A DNA stretch of 64,000 nt, from positions 2,412 to 66,411 of the forward strand of contig JAEDIG010000001.1 of assembly GCA_016292545.1 (NCBI GenBank). Reading direction: 5' to 3'. The position numbers and the translations under genes are program-made. Shown piece after piece: positions 1 through 9,864 of the stretch (position 1 is the stretch's first letter; every line of letters starts with the position of its first letter). Source of the DNA: Bacteroidaceae bacterium (lineage in GTDB: Bacteria; Bacteroidota; Bacteroidia; Bacteroidales; Bacteroidaceae). The notes below the pieces were generated by a model. That model was not told the origin of the DNA. It was given only the letters and a program-made list of their open reading frames with translations, and ran no database searches.

Positions 1-309
1 CAGATGGCACGCGAGGCATTGGAACAGGTGGGTCTGAGCCACCGTCTGCACCATCTGCCCAGCCAGCTCAGCGGCGGACAGTGCCAGCGTGTGGCCATTG
101 CACGTGCGGTGGTGGGCAGTCCGCGCATCATCCTTGCCGATGAGCCCACGGGTAACCTGGATTCGCGCATGGGTGCCGAGGTGATGGACATCCTCCACAG
201 CCAGTCGCGCGATGCAGGCCGCACGGTGGTGATGGTGACCCACAACGAGGAGCAGGCCCGCAGCACCGACCGCATCGTGAGATTCTTCGACGGACGTCAG
301 GTAGAATAA
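1..309 (+). CDS. ABC transporter ATP-binding protein, C-terminal part (5' end outside window)
   Basis: Frame open from base 1. ABC signature [14 protein letters not shown], Walker B/D-loop [13 protein letters not shown]-loop VMVTHN. MacB/LolD-like. FtsX-type permease gene starts 12 nt downstream. Confidence 0.9.
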   Translation, partial: QMAREALEQVGLSHRLHHLPSQLSGGQCQRVAIARAVVGSPRIILADEPTGNLDSRMGAEVMDILHSQSRDAGRTVVMVTHNEEQARSTDRIVRFFDGRQVE

Positions 310-321
310 AACCATCGGGCC

Positions 322-1596
322 ATGAATATCAAGCAATTCCTGGTGCTGCTGAGGCAGCAACGCCTTTTCAGCGGCATCTACATCCTGTGCACAGCCCTTT
401 CGGTGGCCTTCACCATGACGCTCTTTCTGGTCATCTACATCAAGTTCGGCCCCATCTATCCCGAGGAGAACCGTCCCCGGATGGCCATTCTGGGCAGGAC
501 CAACTACGTGAGCAACCAGCCGGGCAGTGGTGAAAGCTGGGGAAGCTGTGTGTCGCGGGCCTTGGGCGACTCCATCCGCCGTATGCCCGAGGTGGAATGC
601 CTCACCTGTGTGAAGGCAAGTGGTGACCATGTCCTGCTTCCCGACGGGTCGTACGCCGCTGTCAATTGTGTCGATACGGATACGGACTACTGGCGGGTGT
701 TCCGTTTCCGCTTCCTGGGCGGACGGCCTTTCAACGATACGGAGTGTGAGGCCAAGAGCCCTGTGTGTGTGGTGAGTGCATCGCTGGCACGCAAGGTGTT
801 CGGCCACACCGATGTGGTGGGGCGCGAACTGACCACCGACAACCAGACGTTGCAGATACTGGGCGTGGTGGAGGAGGCCAGCTGTGCCATGTCAAGCAGC
901 TACGCCCACCTGTGGAAACCCGTAAGCATCGAGGAATACACAGACAGCAGGGCACCCTATATGGGTCCCTTCAGGCTGTTCATGCTGTTGCGACGGGCTT
1001 CCGACATGGATGCGCTCAGGCAGCGTGTGGCCCGCATGGAGGATCGCATCAATGCGGCCAGCGTGCACGGTCCCGACGACATGGTCTTCCATCTCTGGGG
1101 CCAGCCCGACCCCTTCTGGCAGGCCCCTTTCCGCTCGAACCAGAACATCAACATGCAGGATTTCCTGCGCAAGGTGGTGTCGATGCTGTTGGCCTTTCTG
1201 CTCATTCCGGCCATGAACATGTGCAGCATGGTGTCGAGCCGTGTGAACGGGCGCATCAGCGAGATGGGCATACGGCGTGCCTATGGTGCCACACGCAGGC
1301 GGCTGCTCTGGCAGGTGCTGCAGGAGAATTTCCTGCTCACGCTCATTGCCAGCATGGGCGGCCTGCTGATAAGCTATGTGGTGATGATTGCGTGTGCCGA
1401 CTGGCTCCCCTTCCTCTTCGAGACCTATTTCTGCGAGGGTGAAAAGGTGAGCATCCATCCCGACATGCTCTTCTCGGGCTGGGTGATGGCTGCGGTGCTG
1501 GTGGTGTGTATGGTGCTGAGCCTGGTGTCGGCAGCCGTGCCCACAATGTGGGCCCTGCGCAAGCCGGTGACCGAGGAAATCAACCACAAGCGATAG
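322..1596 (+). CDS. ABC transporter permease, FtsX/MacB type (paralog A1)
   Basis: ATG at 322. N-terminal TM helix, large extracytoplasmic domain, C-terminal FtsX-like block (GRISEMGIRRAYGATRRRLLWQVLQENFLL followed by TM helices). Confidence 0.85.
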   Translation: MNIKQFLVLLRQQRLFSGIYILCTALSVAFTMTLFLVIYIKFGPIYPEENRPRMAILGRTNYVSNQPGSGESWGSCVSRALGDSIRRMPEVECLTCVKASGDHVLLPDGSYAAVNCVDTDTDYWRVFRFRFLGGRPFNDTECEAKSPVCVVSASLARKVFGHTDVVGRELTTDNQTLQILGVVEEASCAMSSSYAHLWKPVSIEEYTDSRAPYMGPFRLFMLLRRASDMDALRQRVARMEDRINAASVHGPDDMVFHLWGQPDPFWQAPFRSNQNINMQDFLRKVVSMLLAFLLIPAMNMCSMVSSRVNGRISEMGIRRAYGATRRRLLWQVLQENFLLTLIASMGGLLISYVVMIACADWLPFLFETYFCEGEKVSIHPDMLFSGWVMAAVLVVCMVLSLVSAAVPTMWALRKPVTEEINHKR

Positions 1597-1642
1597 CACT
1601 TCTGCATTTAACTGAACTCACAACAACAAAAAGAAAGAAACT

Positions 1643-2989
1643 ATGATTCGACTGATATTTCACCAGATATGGAACCAGCGCAGGCAGAACCTCTGGATAT
1701 GGCTGGAACTGATGGTGCTGAGTGTATTCATCTGGATGGTCATGGACCCGCTTTTTGCCACCATCTGCATCAAGCGCCTGCCTGCAAACTTTGACAGGGA
1801 CCATCTCTATATCGTGGACCCTGCCTATGCCCAGTCGGGGCCCGCCTACAAGCCGGAGGCCGACAACGACTCCTGCTACAAGCTGCAGCTCGACCTCCTG
1901 CTCACCCAGCTCAATGCCCATCCCATGACCGAGGCGGTGTGCATCATCCAGGACCGATGGAACTTCCCGGGCGGGGAAAGCTGGAACGGGGCCTATTTCT
2001 ACCCCGATACAACAGCAGAAAGAAAAGCAATAGAGGCTTGCGACGGGGATTACAGCAAGATGGTGGCCCCCCATGCCCAGTGGTATGTGGGCCAGTATTG
2101 CGAGGGGCTGGAGCAATGGACCGACATGCCCTACACACTGGGGCTGCGCGATGCCGCCACGGGCGAACCGCTCCATGCCCGCCCCGACGATGCCAAGCAG
2201 GGCATCTGCTACATCTCTGCCAAGACCGCACGCATGCTCTATGGCACCGAGCAGGCCAAGGGCAACAACCTCTATGCCGCGGGCAATGGCGGCAACATGC
2301 GTGTGGGCGGCGTGTATGGCGACATCAAGCACAAGGACTACGAAACGCCCTATCCCTCTGTGATATTGTCGCGGTACTACTCCTGGCGAAAGCCCAAGGA
2401 CTATACGGTGCTTGTGCGCCTGAAGCCCGATGTGGATGGCGCAGCCTTCGAGAAGGCCGTTCAGGAGGACGTGTTCCGGCAATGCCGCATAGGCAACACC
2501 CTTCGCTTTGAGCTGTCCTCGGTGCGGCAGATGACCGAACTGCTTTCCGAGGGGGCAGGTGCCAACAATCTGGTGCGGCTCCACATGGCCCTGGGAGGCT
2601 TTGGGCTGCTGTGTGCGTTTCTGGGCGTGACGGGTCTCTTCTGGGTGCGCTGCATCGGCCGCAGGCAGGACATGGGTGTGATGCGCTCCATGGGGGCTAC
2701 CCGTCTGGGTGTGGTGCGCCAGATGCTTTGCGAGAGTGTGCTGCTGTTCGTGATGGCCTTTGTGCCTGCCATGATTCTGGTGGGCATCAAGGTATATCTG
2801 AAGGGCTACGACTGTGGCATCGACGGCAGGCTCAACCTGGACTATTGGTTCCTCAGGCTTGTGCCCCATGTATCCGTGGTTACGCTGATTTCCTTCGTGC
2901 TGATGCTGCTTGCCGTCCTGCTGGCCACCTGGATTCCCGTGTACCGTGCCAGCCGTACCATCCCAAGCGATGCGCTGCGCGATGAATAG
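1643..2989 (+). CDS. ABC transporter permease, FtsX/MacB type (paralog B1)
   Basis: ATG at 1643. N-terminal TM (LWIWLELMVLSVFIWMVM), central soluble domain, FtsX block RRQDMGVMRSMGATRLGVVRQMLCESVLL plus TM helices. Confidence 0.85.
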   Translation: MIRLIFHQIWNQRRQNLWIWLELMVLSVFIWMVMDPLFATICIKRLPANFDRDHLYIVDPAYAQSGPAYKPEADNDSCYKLQLDLLLTQLNAHPMTEAVCIIQDRWNFPGGESWNGAYFYPDTTAERKAIEACDGDYSKMVAPHAQWYVGQYCEGLEQWTDMPYTLGLRDAATGEPLHARPDDAKQGICYISAKTARMLYGTEQAKGNNLYAAGNGGNMRVGGVYGDIKHKDYETPYPSVILSRYYSWRKPKDYTVLVRLKPDVDGAAFEKAVQEDVFRQCRIGNTLRFELSSVRQMTELLSEGAGANNLVRLHMALGGFGLLCAFLGVTGLFWVRCIGRRQDMGVMRSMGATRLGVVRQMLCESVLLFVMAFVPAMILVGIKVYLKGYDCGIDGRLNLDYWFLRLVPHVSVVTLISFVLMLLAVLLATWIPVYRASRTIPSDALRDE

Positions 2990-3036
2990 AAGACGGGGAA
3001 TCCGATGGATGTCAAACGAATAAATGTCATTAGAAT

Positions 3037-4314
3037 ATGAATATCAAGCAATTCCTGGTGCTGCTGAGGCAACAACATCTGTTCAACATCATCTACATCC
3101 TGTGCACAGCCCTTTCGGTGGCCTTCACCATGACGCTCTTTCTGGTCATCTACATCAAGTTCGGCCCCATCTATCCCGAGGAGAACCGTCCCCGGATGGC
3201 CATTCTGGGCAGGACCAACTACGTGAGCAACCAGCCGGGCAGTGGTGAAAGCTGGGGAAGCTGTGTGTCGCGGGCCTTGGGCGACTCCATCCGCCGTATG
3301 CCCGAGGTGGAATGCCTCACCTGCGTGAGTTCGGGAGATGCCAATGTACGCCTTCCCGACGGGTCTTTTGCCTTCGTCAAGCATGTCTCCACCGATGCCG
3401 ACTACTGGCGGGTGTTCGGTTTCCGCTTCCTTGGAGGACGGGCTTTCAGCGAGGCCGAGTGTGAGGCCAGGAGCCAGGTTTGCGTGGTGAGTGCTTCGCT
3501 GGCACGCAAGGTGTTCGGCCATACCGATGTGGTGGGCCGCGAGCTGGCCACCGAAAGCGAGACGTGGCAGATTCTGGGTGTGGTGGAGGAGGGCAGCTGT
3601 GCCATGTCCGGCAGCTACGCCCACATGTGGACACCTGTTTGCACTAAGGAGCAGATAATGAGCCAGACTCCCCTTTTGGGCAGTTTCACGCTCTTTATCC
3701 TCCTGCGGAAGCCTTCCGCCCTGGATGCGCTCAGGCAGCGTGTGGCCCGCATGGAGGATCGCATCAATGCGGCCAGCGTGCATGGTGCCGACGACATGAC
3801 CCTCCATGTCAGTGGCCAGCCCGACTATTTCTGGCAGTCTCCGTTCCGCATAAACGAAAACATCAACATGATGGAATTTGTGCGCGAGGTGGTGTCCATG
3901 CTGCTGGCCTTCCTGCTCATTCCGGCCATGAACATGTGCAGTATGGTGGCAAGCCGTGTGAACGGGCGCATCAGTGAATTTGGCATACGGCGTGCCTACG
4001 GTGCCACACGCCGCCAGCTGCTCTGGCAGGTGCTGCAGGAGAATTTCCTGCTCACGCTCATTGCCGGCATCGGCGGCTTGCTGATAAGCTATGTGATGAT
4101 GATTGCGTGTGCCGACTGGCTCCCCTTCATCTTCGAGACATTCCATTTTTCGTATGACGAGAAGGTGAGCATCCACCCCGACATGCTCTTCTCGGGCTGG
4201 GTGATGGGCGCGGTGCTTGTGGTGTGTCTGGTGCTGAATCTGGTGTCGGCAGCCGTGCCCACGCTGTGGGCTTTGCGCAAGCCTGTGACCGAGGAGATAA
4301 ACCATAGGAGGTAG
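3037..4314 (+). CDS. ABC transporter permease, FtsX/MacB type (paralog A2, duplicate of 322..1596)
   Basis: The first ~95 aa and the C-terminal TM block are almost identical to A1 at both protein and nucleotide level. The central domain has diverged. Confidence 0.85.
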   Translation: MNIKQFLVLLRQQHLFNIIYILCTALSVAFTMTLFLVIYIKFGPIYPEENRPRMAILGRTNYVSNQPGSGESWGSCVSRALGDSIRRMPEVECLTCVSSGDANVRLPDGSFAFVKHVSTDADYWRVFGFRFLGGRAFSEAECEARSQVCVVSASLARKVFGHTDVVGRELATESETWQILGVVEEGSCAMSGSYAHMWTPVCTKEQIMSQTPLLGSFTLFILLRKPSALDALRQRVARMEDRINAASVHGADDMTLHVSGQPDYFWQSPFRINENINMMEFVREVVSMLLAFLLIPAMNMCSMVASRVNGRISEFGIRRAYGATRRQLLWQVLQENFLLTLIAGIGGLLISYVMMIACADWLPFIFETFHFSYDEKVSIHPDMLFSGWVMGAVLVVCLVLNLVSAAVPTLWALRKPVTEEINHRR

Positions 4315-4367
4315 CTTAGAGAACTGAGCTTAGAGAGCTGAGCTTAGAGAATTGAGCTTAGAGCTTA
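4313..4367. repeat. 14-bp tandem repeat, ~3.6 copies (AGCTTAGAGA-NN-TG)
   Basis: Units read directly: AGCTTAGAGAACTG (4313-4326), AGCTTAGAGAGCTG (4327-4340), AGCTTAGAGAATTG (4341-4354), then partial AGCTTAGAG. Begins inside the stop codon of the A2 permease. Absent from the equivalent A1/B1 spacer (1597-1642). Confidence 0.9.
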
Positions 4368-4398
4368 AAGACAAAACGATAGCAATAACAGAAACGAT

Positions 4399-5748
4399 AT
4401 GATTCGACTGATATTTCACCAGATTTGGAACCAGCGCAGGCAGAACCTCTGGATTTGGCTGGAACTGATGGTGCTGAGTGTATTCATCTGGATGGTCATG
4501 GACCCGCTTTTCACCATGGTCTGCGTCATGCGCCTGCCTGCGAACTTCGACACGGAGCATACCTACGTTGTGTGTCCTTCCTATGCCCGGTCGGGACCCA
4601 ACTACAAGGAAGAGGCCGACAACGACTCCTGCTACAAGCTGCAGCTCGACCTTCTGCTCACCCAGCTCAATGCCCATCCCATGACCGAGGCGGTGTGCAT
4701 CATCCCGGACCGGTCGAGCTTTCCTGGCGGAGGATCCTGGAACGGGGGCTATTTCTATCCCAGCAGGGCAGCATCAGAGAAGGCAAAGGATGAAGGCCAT
4801 GGAGCTTCCGGAAAGAGCGTCAGCCTCTCTTCCCAGTTTTTTGTAGGTTTATATTGCGAGGGACTGGAACAGTGGAGCGACATGCCCTACACACTGGGGC
4901 TGCGCGATGCCGCCACGGGCGAACTGCTCCATGCCCGACCCGACGATGCCAGGCAGGGAGTCTGCTACATCTCTGCAAAGGCGGCACGCATACTTTATGG
5001 CACCGAGCAAGCCAGGGACAGCAGCTTCTATGAACCGGCTGGTGGCGTTGACATGCGTGTGGGTGGCGTGTATAAGGATGTAAAGCAGCAAAACTACCTG
5101 ATTCCTGCTCCCTCTGTGATATTGTCAAAATACGATTGTTGGCAAACTCCCAAGGATTTTGCGGTGCTTGTGCGTCTGAAGCCCGATGTGGATGCCGTTG
5201 CTTTCGAGAAAGCCATTCTGAAGGATGTGCTCCTGCAATGCCGCATAGGCAACACCCTTCGTTTTGAACTCTTCTCAGTCCGGAAAAGAGCGGAACAAAT
5301 GGCAGAGAATATGGGTGCCAACAATCTGGTGCGGATTCATCTGGCTCTGGGAGGCTTTGGGCTGCTGTGTGTGTTCCTGGGCGTGACGGGCCTCTTCTGG
5401 GTGCGCTGCATCGGCCGCAGGCAGGACATGGGTGTGATGCGCTCCATGGGGGCCACCCGCCTGGGCGTGGTGCGCCAGATGCTTTGCGAGAGTGTGCTGC
5501 TTTTCGTGCTGGCCTTTGTGCCTGCCATGATTCTGGTGGGCATCAAGGTTTATCTGAAAGGCTACAACCTTGATTTCTGGCTCAATCAGTCCGACACGGA
5601 CTTCTGGTTCCTCCGCACTGTGCCCCATGTGTCGGCAGTCACGCTGCTCTCTTTATCCTTAATGTTGCTCATAATCCTGCTGGCCACATGGATACCCGTG
5701 TACCATGCCAGCAAAACCATGCCCAGCGATGCGTTACATGATGAATAG
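4399..5748 (+). CDS. ABC transporter permease, FtsX/MacB type (paralog B2, duplicate of 1643..2989)
   Basis: N-terminal ~100 aa and C-terminal FtsX block are near-identical to B1. The central domain has diverged. Confidence 0.85.
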   Translation: MIRLIFHQIWNQRRQNLWIWLELMVLSVFIWMVMDPLFTMVCVMRLPANFDTEHTYVVCPSYARSGPNYKEEADNDSCYKLQLDLLLTQLNAHPMTEAVCIIPDRSSFPGGGSWNGGYFYPSRAASEKAKDEGHGASGKSVSLSSQFFVGLYCEGLEQWSDMPYTLGLRDAATGELLHARPDDARQGVCYISAKAARILYGTEQARDSSFYEPAGGVDMRVGGVYKDVKQQNYLIPAPSVILSKYDCWQTPKDFAVLVRLKPDVDAVAFEKAILKDVLLQCRIGNTLRFELFSVRKRAEQMAENMGANNLVRIHLALGGFGLLCVFLGVTGLFWVRCIGRRQDMGVMRSMGATRLGVVRQMLCESVLLFVLAFVPAMILVGIKVYLKGYNLDFWLNQSDTDFWFLRTVPHVSAVTLLSLSLMLLIILLATWIPVYHASKTMPSDALHDE

Positions 5749-7231
5749 TAGAAATAGAATATGGTGGTGTGCATGGCTGCTCCTGCATGCCATGGTGATG
5801 GATGCACAGGTGCGACGGATTACGCTACAGGATGCGGTCCTGCTGGCACGCACGGGCAGTGTGGAAGCACAATCGGCCCTGTCGCAGCTTCGCAGCAGTT
5901 ATTGGAGTTATCGTTCTTTTCGTGCCGACCAGCTTCCCGAGGTGTCGCTCTCTGCCACGCTGCCTTCCTACAGCCGCAGCTATTCGGCCTATCAGGAAAG
6001 CACGGGTGCCTACACCTATGTGATGAGCGACTATCTGCAGTCGACTGCCTCCATCAATGTGAGGCAGAACCTGTGGCATACGGGCGGAACCGTCACGCTC
6101 ACATCCTCGCTCGACTATCTCAACCAGCTGTCGGGACAGAGCGGGCACCGCTTTATGTCGCTGCCTCTGGCGTTGCGCCTGAGCCAGCCCCTGTGGGGCG
6201 TGAACAGCATGAAGTGGAACCACCGCATAGAGCCTGTGCGCTATGCCGAGGCCAAGGCCCGGTTCCTCACGGCCACCGAAGAGGTGACGATGCGCACCAT
6301 CCAGCTTTTCTTCTCCCTGCTTCTGGCCCGCGAGAATGTGGAGGTGGCCCGCCAGAACCTGCAAGGCATGGAGCGCCTGTATGAGGTGGGGCAGGCAAAG
6401 CGGCGCATGGGGCAGATGAGCGAAAGCGAACTGATGCAGCTGGAGCTGGAACTGCTGAACGCACGCAGCACGCTCACCACCAACGAGAGCACCTGGCGAA
6501 GCAGCATGTTTGCCCTGCGCACCCATCTGGCCGTTGAGGAGGAGGTGGAGCTGGAGGCTGTGCTCCCCGACACGCTGGCAGCCTGCACGCTCGACTATGG
6601 ACAGGTGCTCGACAAGGCACTGCTCCATCATGCCCATGCGCTGACGCTCAGGCGCAGGCAGCTGGAGGCCGACTATTCTGTGGCGCAGGCAAAGGGGAAC
6701 ATGCGGCAGATAAGCCTCTATGCACAGGTGGGATACAACGGCACCGACAGGCATCTTTCCGATGCCTACCAGCATCTCAGGGGCAGCCAGCAGGTGGAAG
6801 TGGGATTCTCCATCCCCATCCTCGACTGGGGAAAGCGCAAGGGACAGCTGCGTGTGGCGCAGGCCAGCCGCGAGGTGGTCAGGAGCCAGATAAGGCAAGA
6901 AGACCAGCAGTTCAGGCAGGACCTGTATGTGCTGGTGGAGCAATGCAACAACCAGCGCCGCCAGCTCTCCATCGCCATGGCCGCCGACACACTGGCCCAG
7001 CGACGCTATGACACGGGGATGAAGACCTTTGTGATAGGCCGCATCTCGATGCTCGACCTCAACGATGCCCGGCAGAGCAAGGACTATGCCCGCCAGGCCC
7101 GTATCTCGGAACTCTACAGGCTGTGGTACTATTATTACCAGTTGCGGAGCCTCACCCTGTGGGATTGGGAGCGGAATGAGCCGCTGGAGGCGGATTTTGA
7201 TGCCATCATTCACGGAAAAGAGAAATTTTAG
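5738..7231 (+). CDS. TolC-family outer membrane efflux protein
   Basis: ORF 5705..7231. In-frame ATGs at 5729, 5738 and 5741 precede a signal-like segment (NSRNRIWWCAWLLLHAMVMDAQ). The start LTLQDAVLLA, ~500 aa length, two-repeat coiled architecture and position after ABC permeases are typical of OEP/TolC. Exact start uncertain. Confidence 0.8.
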   Translation: MMNSRNRIWWCAWLLLHAMVMDAQVRRITLQDAVLLARTGSVEAQSALSQLRSSYWSYRSFRADQLPEVSLSATLPSYSRSYSAYQESTGAYTYVMSDYLQSTASINVRQNLWHTGGTVTLTSSLDYLNQLSGQSGHRFMSLPLALRLSQPLWGVNSMKWNHRIEPVRYAEAKARFLTATEEVTMRTIQLFFSLLLARENVEVARQNLQGMERLYEVGQAKRRMGQMSESELMQLELELLNARSTLTTNESTWRSSMFALRTHLAVEEEVELEAVLPDTLAACTLDYGQVLDKALLHHAHALTLRRRQLEADYSVAQAKGNMRQISLYAQVGYNGTDRHLSDAYQHLRGSQQVEVGFSIPILDWGKRKGQLRVAQASREVVRSQIRQEDQQFRQDLYVLVEQCNNQRRQLSIAMAADTLAQRRYDTGMKTFVIGRISMLDLNDARQSKDYARQARISELYRLWYYYYQLRSLTLWDWERNEPLEADFDAIIHGKEKF

Positions 7232-7244
7232 CTACCTTTGCAAC

Positions 7245-8588
7245 ATGATTCTGATAATAGACGATGACTTGGCCGTGCGCAAGTCGCTGGTTTATCTGCT
7301 GGACAAGGCCGGCTATGCGGCAAAGGCCGTGGAGGGTCCCCATCAGGCAGTGGCCCTCTTGCGCGCGGAGGTGCCCGAACTGATAATCATGGACATGAAC
7401 TTCTCATTGGCCACATCGGGTGAGGAAGGCTTGCGCCTGCTGGCACAGGTGAAGCGCATGGTGCCTCAAGTGCCGGTGATACTGATGACGGCATGGGGCA
7501 GCATCGACCTTGCCGTCAGGGGGATGCATGCAGGTGCCTTTGATTTCCTCACCAAGCCCTGGGACAACCTGACGCTGGTGCACCGTGTGTCCATGGCGCT
7601 GGAACTGACCGCTCCTTCGGTGCGGCATGTCCCCCGTGCGGCTGCTGCGCCGGAGGGACAGCGCATCATAGGGCAGAGCGCGGCCTTGCGCGAGGTGATG
7701 CAGACCGTGGAACGTGTGGCACCCACGCAGGCCTCGGTGCTCATCACGGGCGAGAGCGGCACGGGCAAGGAACTGGTGGCCGAGGCACTCCATGCCATGA
7801 GCCGCAGGCAGGGGAAGCCGTTTGTGAAGGTGAACCTGGGAGGCATGTCCGCCTCGCTGTTCGAGAGCGAGATGTTCGGCTATCGCAAGGGGGCTTTCAC
7901 CGGGGCCGACAGCGACAGGCTGGGACGCTTTGATGCGGCCGACGGAGGCACCATTTTCCTGGACGAGATAGGCGAACTGCCCATGTCCTTGCAGGTGAAG
8001 ATGCTGCGGGTGCTGCAGGAGCAGACCTTTGAGCCGCTGGGCGACACGCGTACCCACAGGGTGGACGTGCGGGTGGTGTGTGCCACCAATGCCAACCTGC
8101 CGCTGATGGTGCAGCAGCACACGTTCCGCGAGGACCTTCTCTATCGCATCAATCTGATAGAAGTGCATCTGCCACCCTTGCGCGAACGGCGTGAGGACAT
8201 TCCCCTGCTGGTGCGTCATTTTGCTTCTTCCCAGGGTAAGTCTGATGCCGACATCACGCCCGATGCCATGCAGTGGCTCGCCTCGCTTCCCTATCCTGGC
8301 AACATCCGCGAACTGAAGAATCTGGTGCAACGCACGCTGTTGCTGGCCGAAGCAGGAAGGCCCATCACGGCTTCCGACTTCCGCCGCCACTATGAGGCCA
8401 TGCCACGTGTAAGTGCCGCGGTGCCGGCCGAGACCGACAGCCTGCAGCTCGATGCCTTGGAGCGGCAGGCCATCCAGCGCGCCCTGGCCAGGTATTCCGG
8501 CAATCTCTCCCAGGCAGCCTTGGCCCTGGGCATATCGCGGCAGTCGCTCTATCGCCGCATGGAGAAATACCAAATACCCTTGCCATGA
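7245..8588 (+). CDS. Sigma-54-dependent response regulator (NtrC/Fis family)
   Basis: ATG at 7245 (MILIIDDDLAVRKS, REC domain). AAA+ Walker A VLITGESGTGKE, GAFTGA sigma-54 contact motif, Walker B FLDEIGEL, C-terminal Fis-type HTH LSQAALALGISRQSLYRRMEKY. Confidence 0.9.
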   Translation: MILIIDDDLAVRKSLVYLLDKAGYAAKAVEGPHQAVALLRAEVPELIIMDMNFSLATSGEEGLRLLAQVKRMVPQVPVILMTAWGSIDLAVRGMHAGAFDFLTKPWDNLTLVHRVSMALELTAPSVRHVPRAAAAPEGQRIIGQSAALREVMQTVERVAPTQASVLITGESGTGKELVAEALHAMSRRQGKPFVKVNLGGMSASLFESEMFGYRKGAFTGADSDRLGRFDAADGGTIFLDEIGELPMSLQVKMLRVLQEQTFEPLGDTRTHRVDVRVVCATNANLPLMVQQHTFREDLLYRINLIEVHLPPLRERREDIPLLVRHFASSQGKSDADITPDAMQWLASLPYPGNIRELKNLVQRTLLLAEAGRPITASDFRRHYEAMPRVSAAVPAETDSLQLDALERQAIQRALARYSGNLSQAALALGISRQSLYRRMEKYQIPLP

Positions 8589-9751
8589 TGATGACGCACA
8601 CGGGATGGTTTCTGCTGATTGTGGTGTTTGTGGCCGTGGTGGCGGTGCTGCTGTGGTGGTATGCGGTGCGTCCTCTGCGCACCATCGCCAGGGGGGTGGA
8701 CCTCTTGCGCGAGCAGGATTTTGCCAGCAGGATGGCTCCTGTGTCCAATCCGTGGGCCAACCGCATCGTGGAACTTTTCAACCGTATGATGGACCAGCTG
8801 CGCGACGAACGGTTGCGGCTGAGGGAGCAAAACCATTTCCTGGACCTGCTGGTGCAGGCATCTCCCATGGGGGTGGTGCTCATGGATCTGGACGGACACA
8901 TCACCGGCACCAATCCTGCCGCCGACACCCTGCTGGCCGACCCTTGGCTGCGCTCACGCATACTGGCTGTGCCCAGGGGAAAGACACAGGTGCTGAGGCA
9001 GGGAGGCAGGCGCATCCTGCGCCTGAGCCACCTCACCTTTCTGGACCGTGGTTTCCACCATCCTTTCCTGCTCATAGAGAGTCTGTCAGAAGAGGTGAGC
9101 AGGGCTGAGCGTGAGGCATACGGGCGTGTGATACGCATGATAAGCCATGAGGTGAACAACACGCTGGCCGGTGCGGGCAGTCTGCTCGACCTAGCCTGTC
9201 AGGATGCCGTATCGCCCGAGCAGCGCGACATGTTGCTCACCTGTGGCAGCCGCTATCGCCAGATGGCCGACTTTGTCACACGTCTGGCCGATGTGGTGCG
9301 CATCCCCGCTCCTGTGAAGGAGCAGGTGGTGGTGCAGGACTTTGTCTTGCATCAAAGCCGTTTCCTGGAAACCTTGTGCAGGCAGACGGGCGACATGCGT
9401 CTCCGCCTTTCCCTTGCCACTGATCCTCTCAGGGTGAGCATGGACACCACGCTTATGGAACAGGTGCTCATCAATGTGGTGAAGAATGCCTGCGAGAGCA
9501 GCCCTGGGGGCAGCGAGATAGTGGTGGAGGTGACCACATGCCCGGCTTCACTGATGGTGCTGGACCATGGCAGGGGCATCAGTGCCCAGGAGGAAGAACT
9601 GCTTTTCACTCCCTTCCATTCCACCAAGCCCACGGGGCAGGGCTTGGGTCTGATGCTTGTACAGGAGGTGCTTTCGCGCCATGGTTTCCCCTTTTCACTC
9701 CATACACATGACGATGGCATCACGGTGTTCCGCATCGATTTCCAGCAGTAG
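8585..9751 (+). CDS. Sensor histidine kinase (TM + HAMP + HisKA + HATPase_c)
   Basis: ATGA overlap with the regulator stop. TM helix then HAMP-like segment, H-box ISHEVNNTLAG, N-box VLINVVKNACES, G-boxes DHGRGI and GQGLGLMLV. Confidence 0.85.
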   Translation: MMMTHTGWFLLIVVFVAVVAVLLWWYAVRPLRTIARGVDLLREQDFASRMAPVSNPWANRIVELFNRMMDQLRDERLRLREQNHFLDLLVQASPMGVVLMDLDGHITGTNPAADTLLADPWLRSRILAVPRGKTQVLRQGGRRILRLSHLTFLDRGFHHPFLLIESLSEEVSRAEREAYGRVIRMISHEVNNTLAGAGSLLDLACQDAVSPEQRDMLLTCGSRYRQMADFVTRLADVVRIPAPVKEQVVVQDFVLHQSRFLETLCRQTGDMRLRLSLATDPLRVSMDTTLMEQVLINVVKNACESSPGGSEIVVEVTTCPASLMVLDHGRGISAQEEELLFTPFHSTKPTGQGLGLMLVQEVLSRHGFPFSLHTHDDGITVFRIDFQQ

Positions 9752-9864
9752 AAACTGCGAGTGGGCCCACGCGACGTGTCCCCCTTCTGCTTTATATATT
9801 TTGGTTTTATTTCAGGTTAAACTTCTCTGCCGGAATTGGCGATTCACCCTGCCATCGTCTGCTT

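Noticed and set aside
1580-4305. Long minus-strand ORFs (1580..2869, 429 aa; 2842..4305, 487 aa) antisense to the permease genes
   Set aside because: Their translations are His/Gly/Arg/Ala-rich with no TM segments or motifs. They are typical shadow ORFs of high-GC coding DNA, and the plus-strand products have clear FtsX/MacB features.
4313-4367. Possible CRISPR array
   Set aside because: The units are only 14 bp and directly adjacent, with no spacers. This is a simple tandem repeat.
7065-7244. Upstream extensions of track ORFs (7065 for the response regulator, 9883, 14291..17125, 30501, 47112, 13263, 19146)
   Set aside because: The extensions overlap upstream genes or run through intergenic DNA and encode Arg/Pro/Cys-rich junk. 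Internal ATGs that directly precede REC domains or signal peptides give canonical N-termini. Some track starts are GTG/TTG shown as M.
9838-9852. Sigma-54 promoter-like TTGGCGATTCACCCTGCC downstream of the sigma-54 regulator/kinase pair
   Set aside because: The GG and GC dinucleotides are separated by 11 nt rather than the canonical 10, and the -12 element lacks TTGC. The TGGCAC at about 785 lies inside a CDS and has no -12 box.
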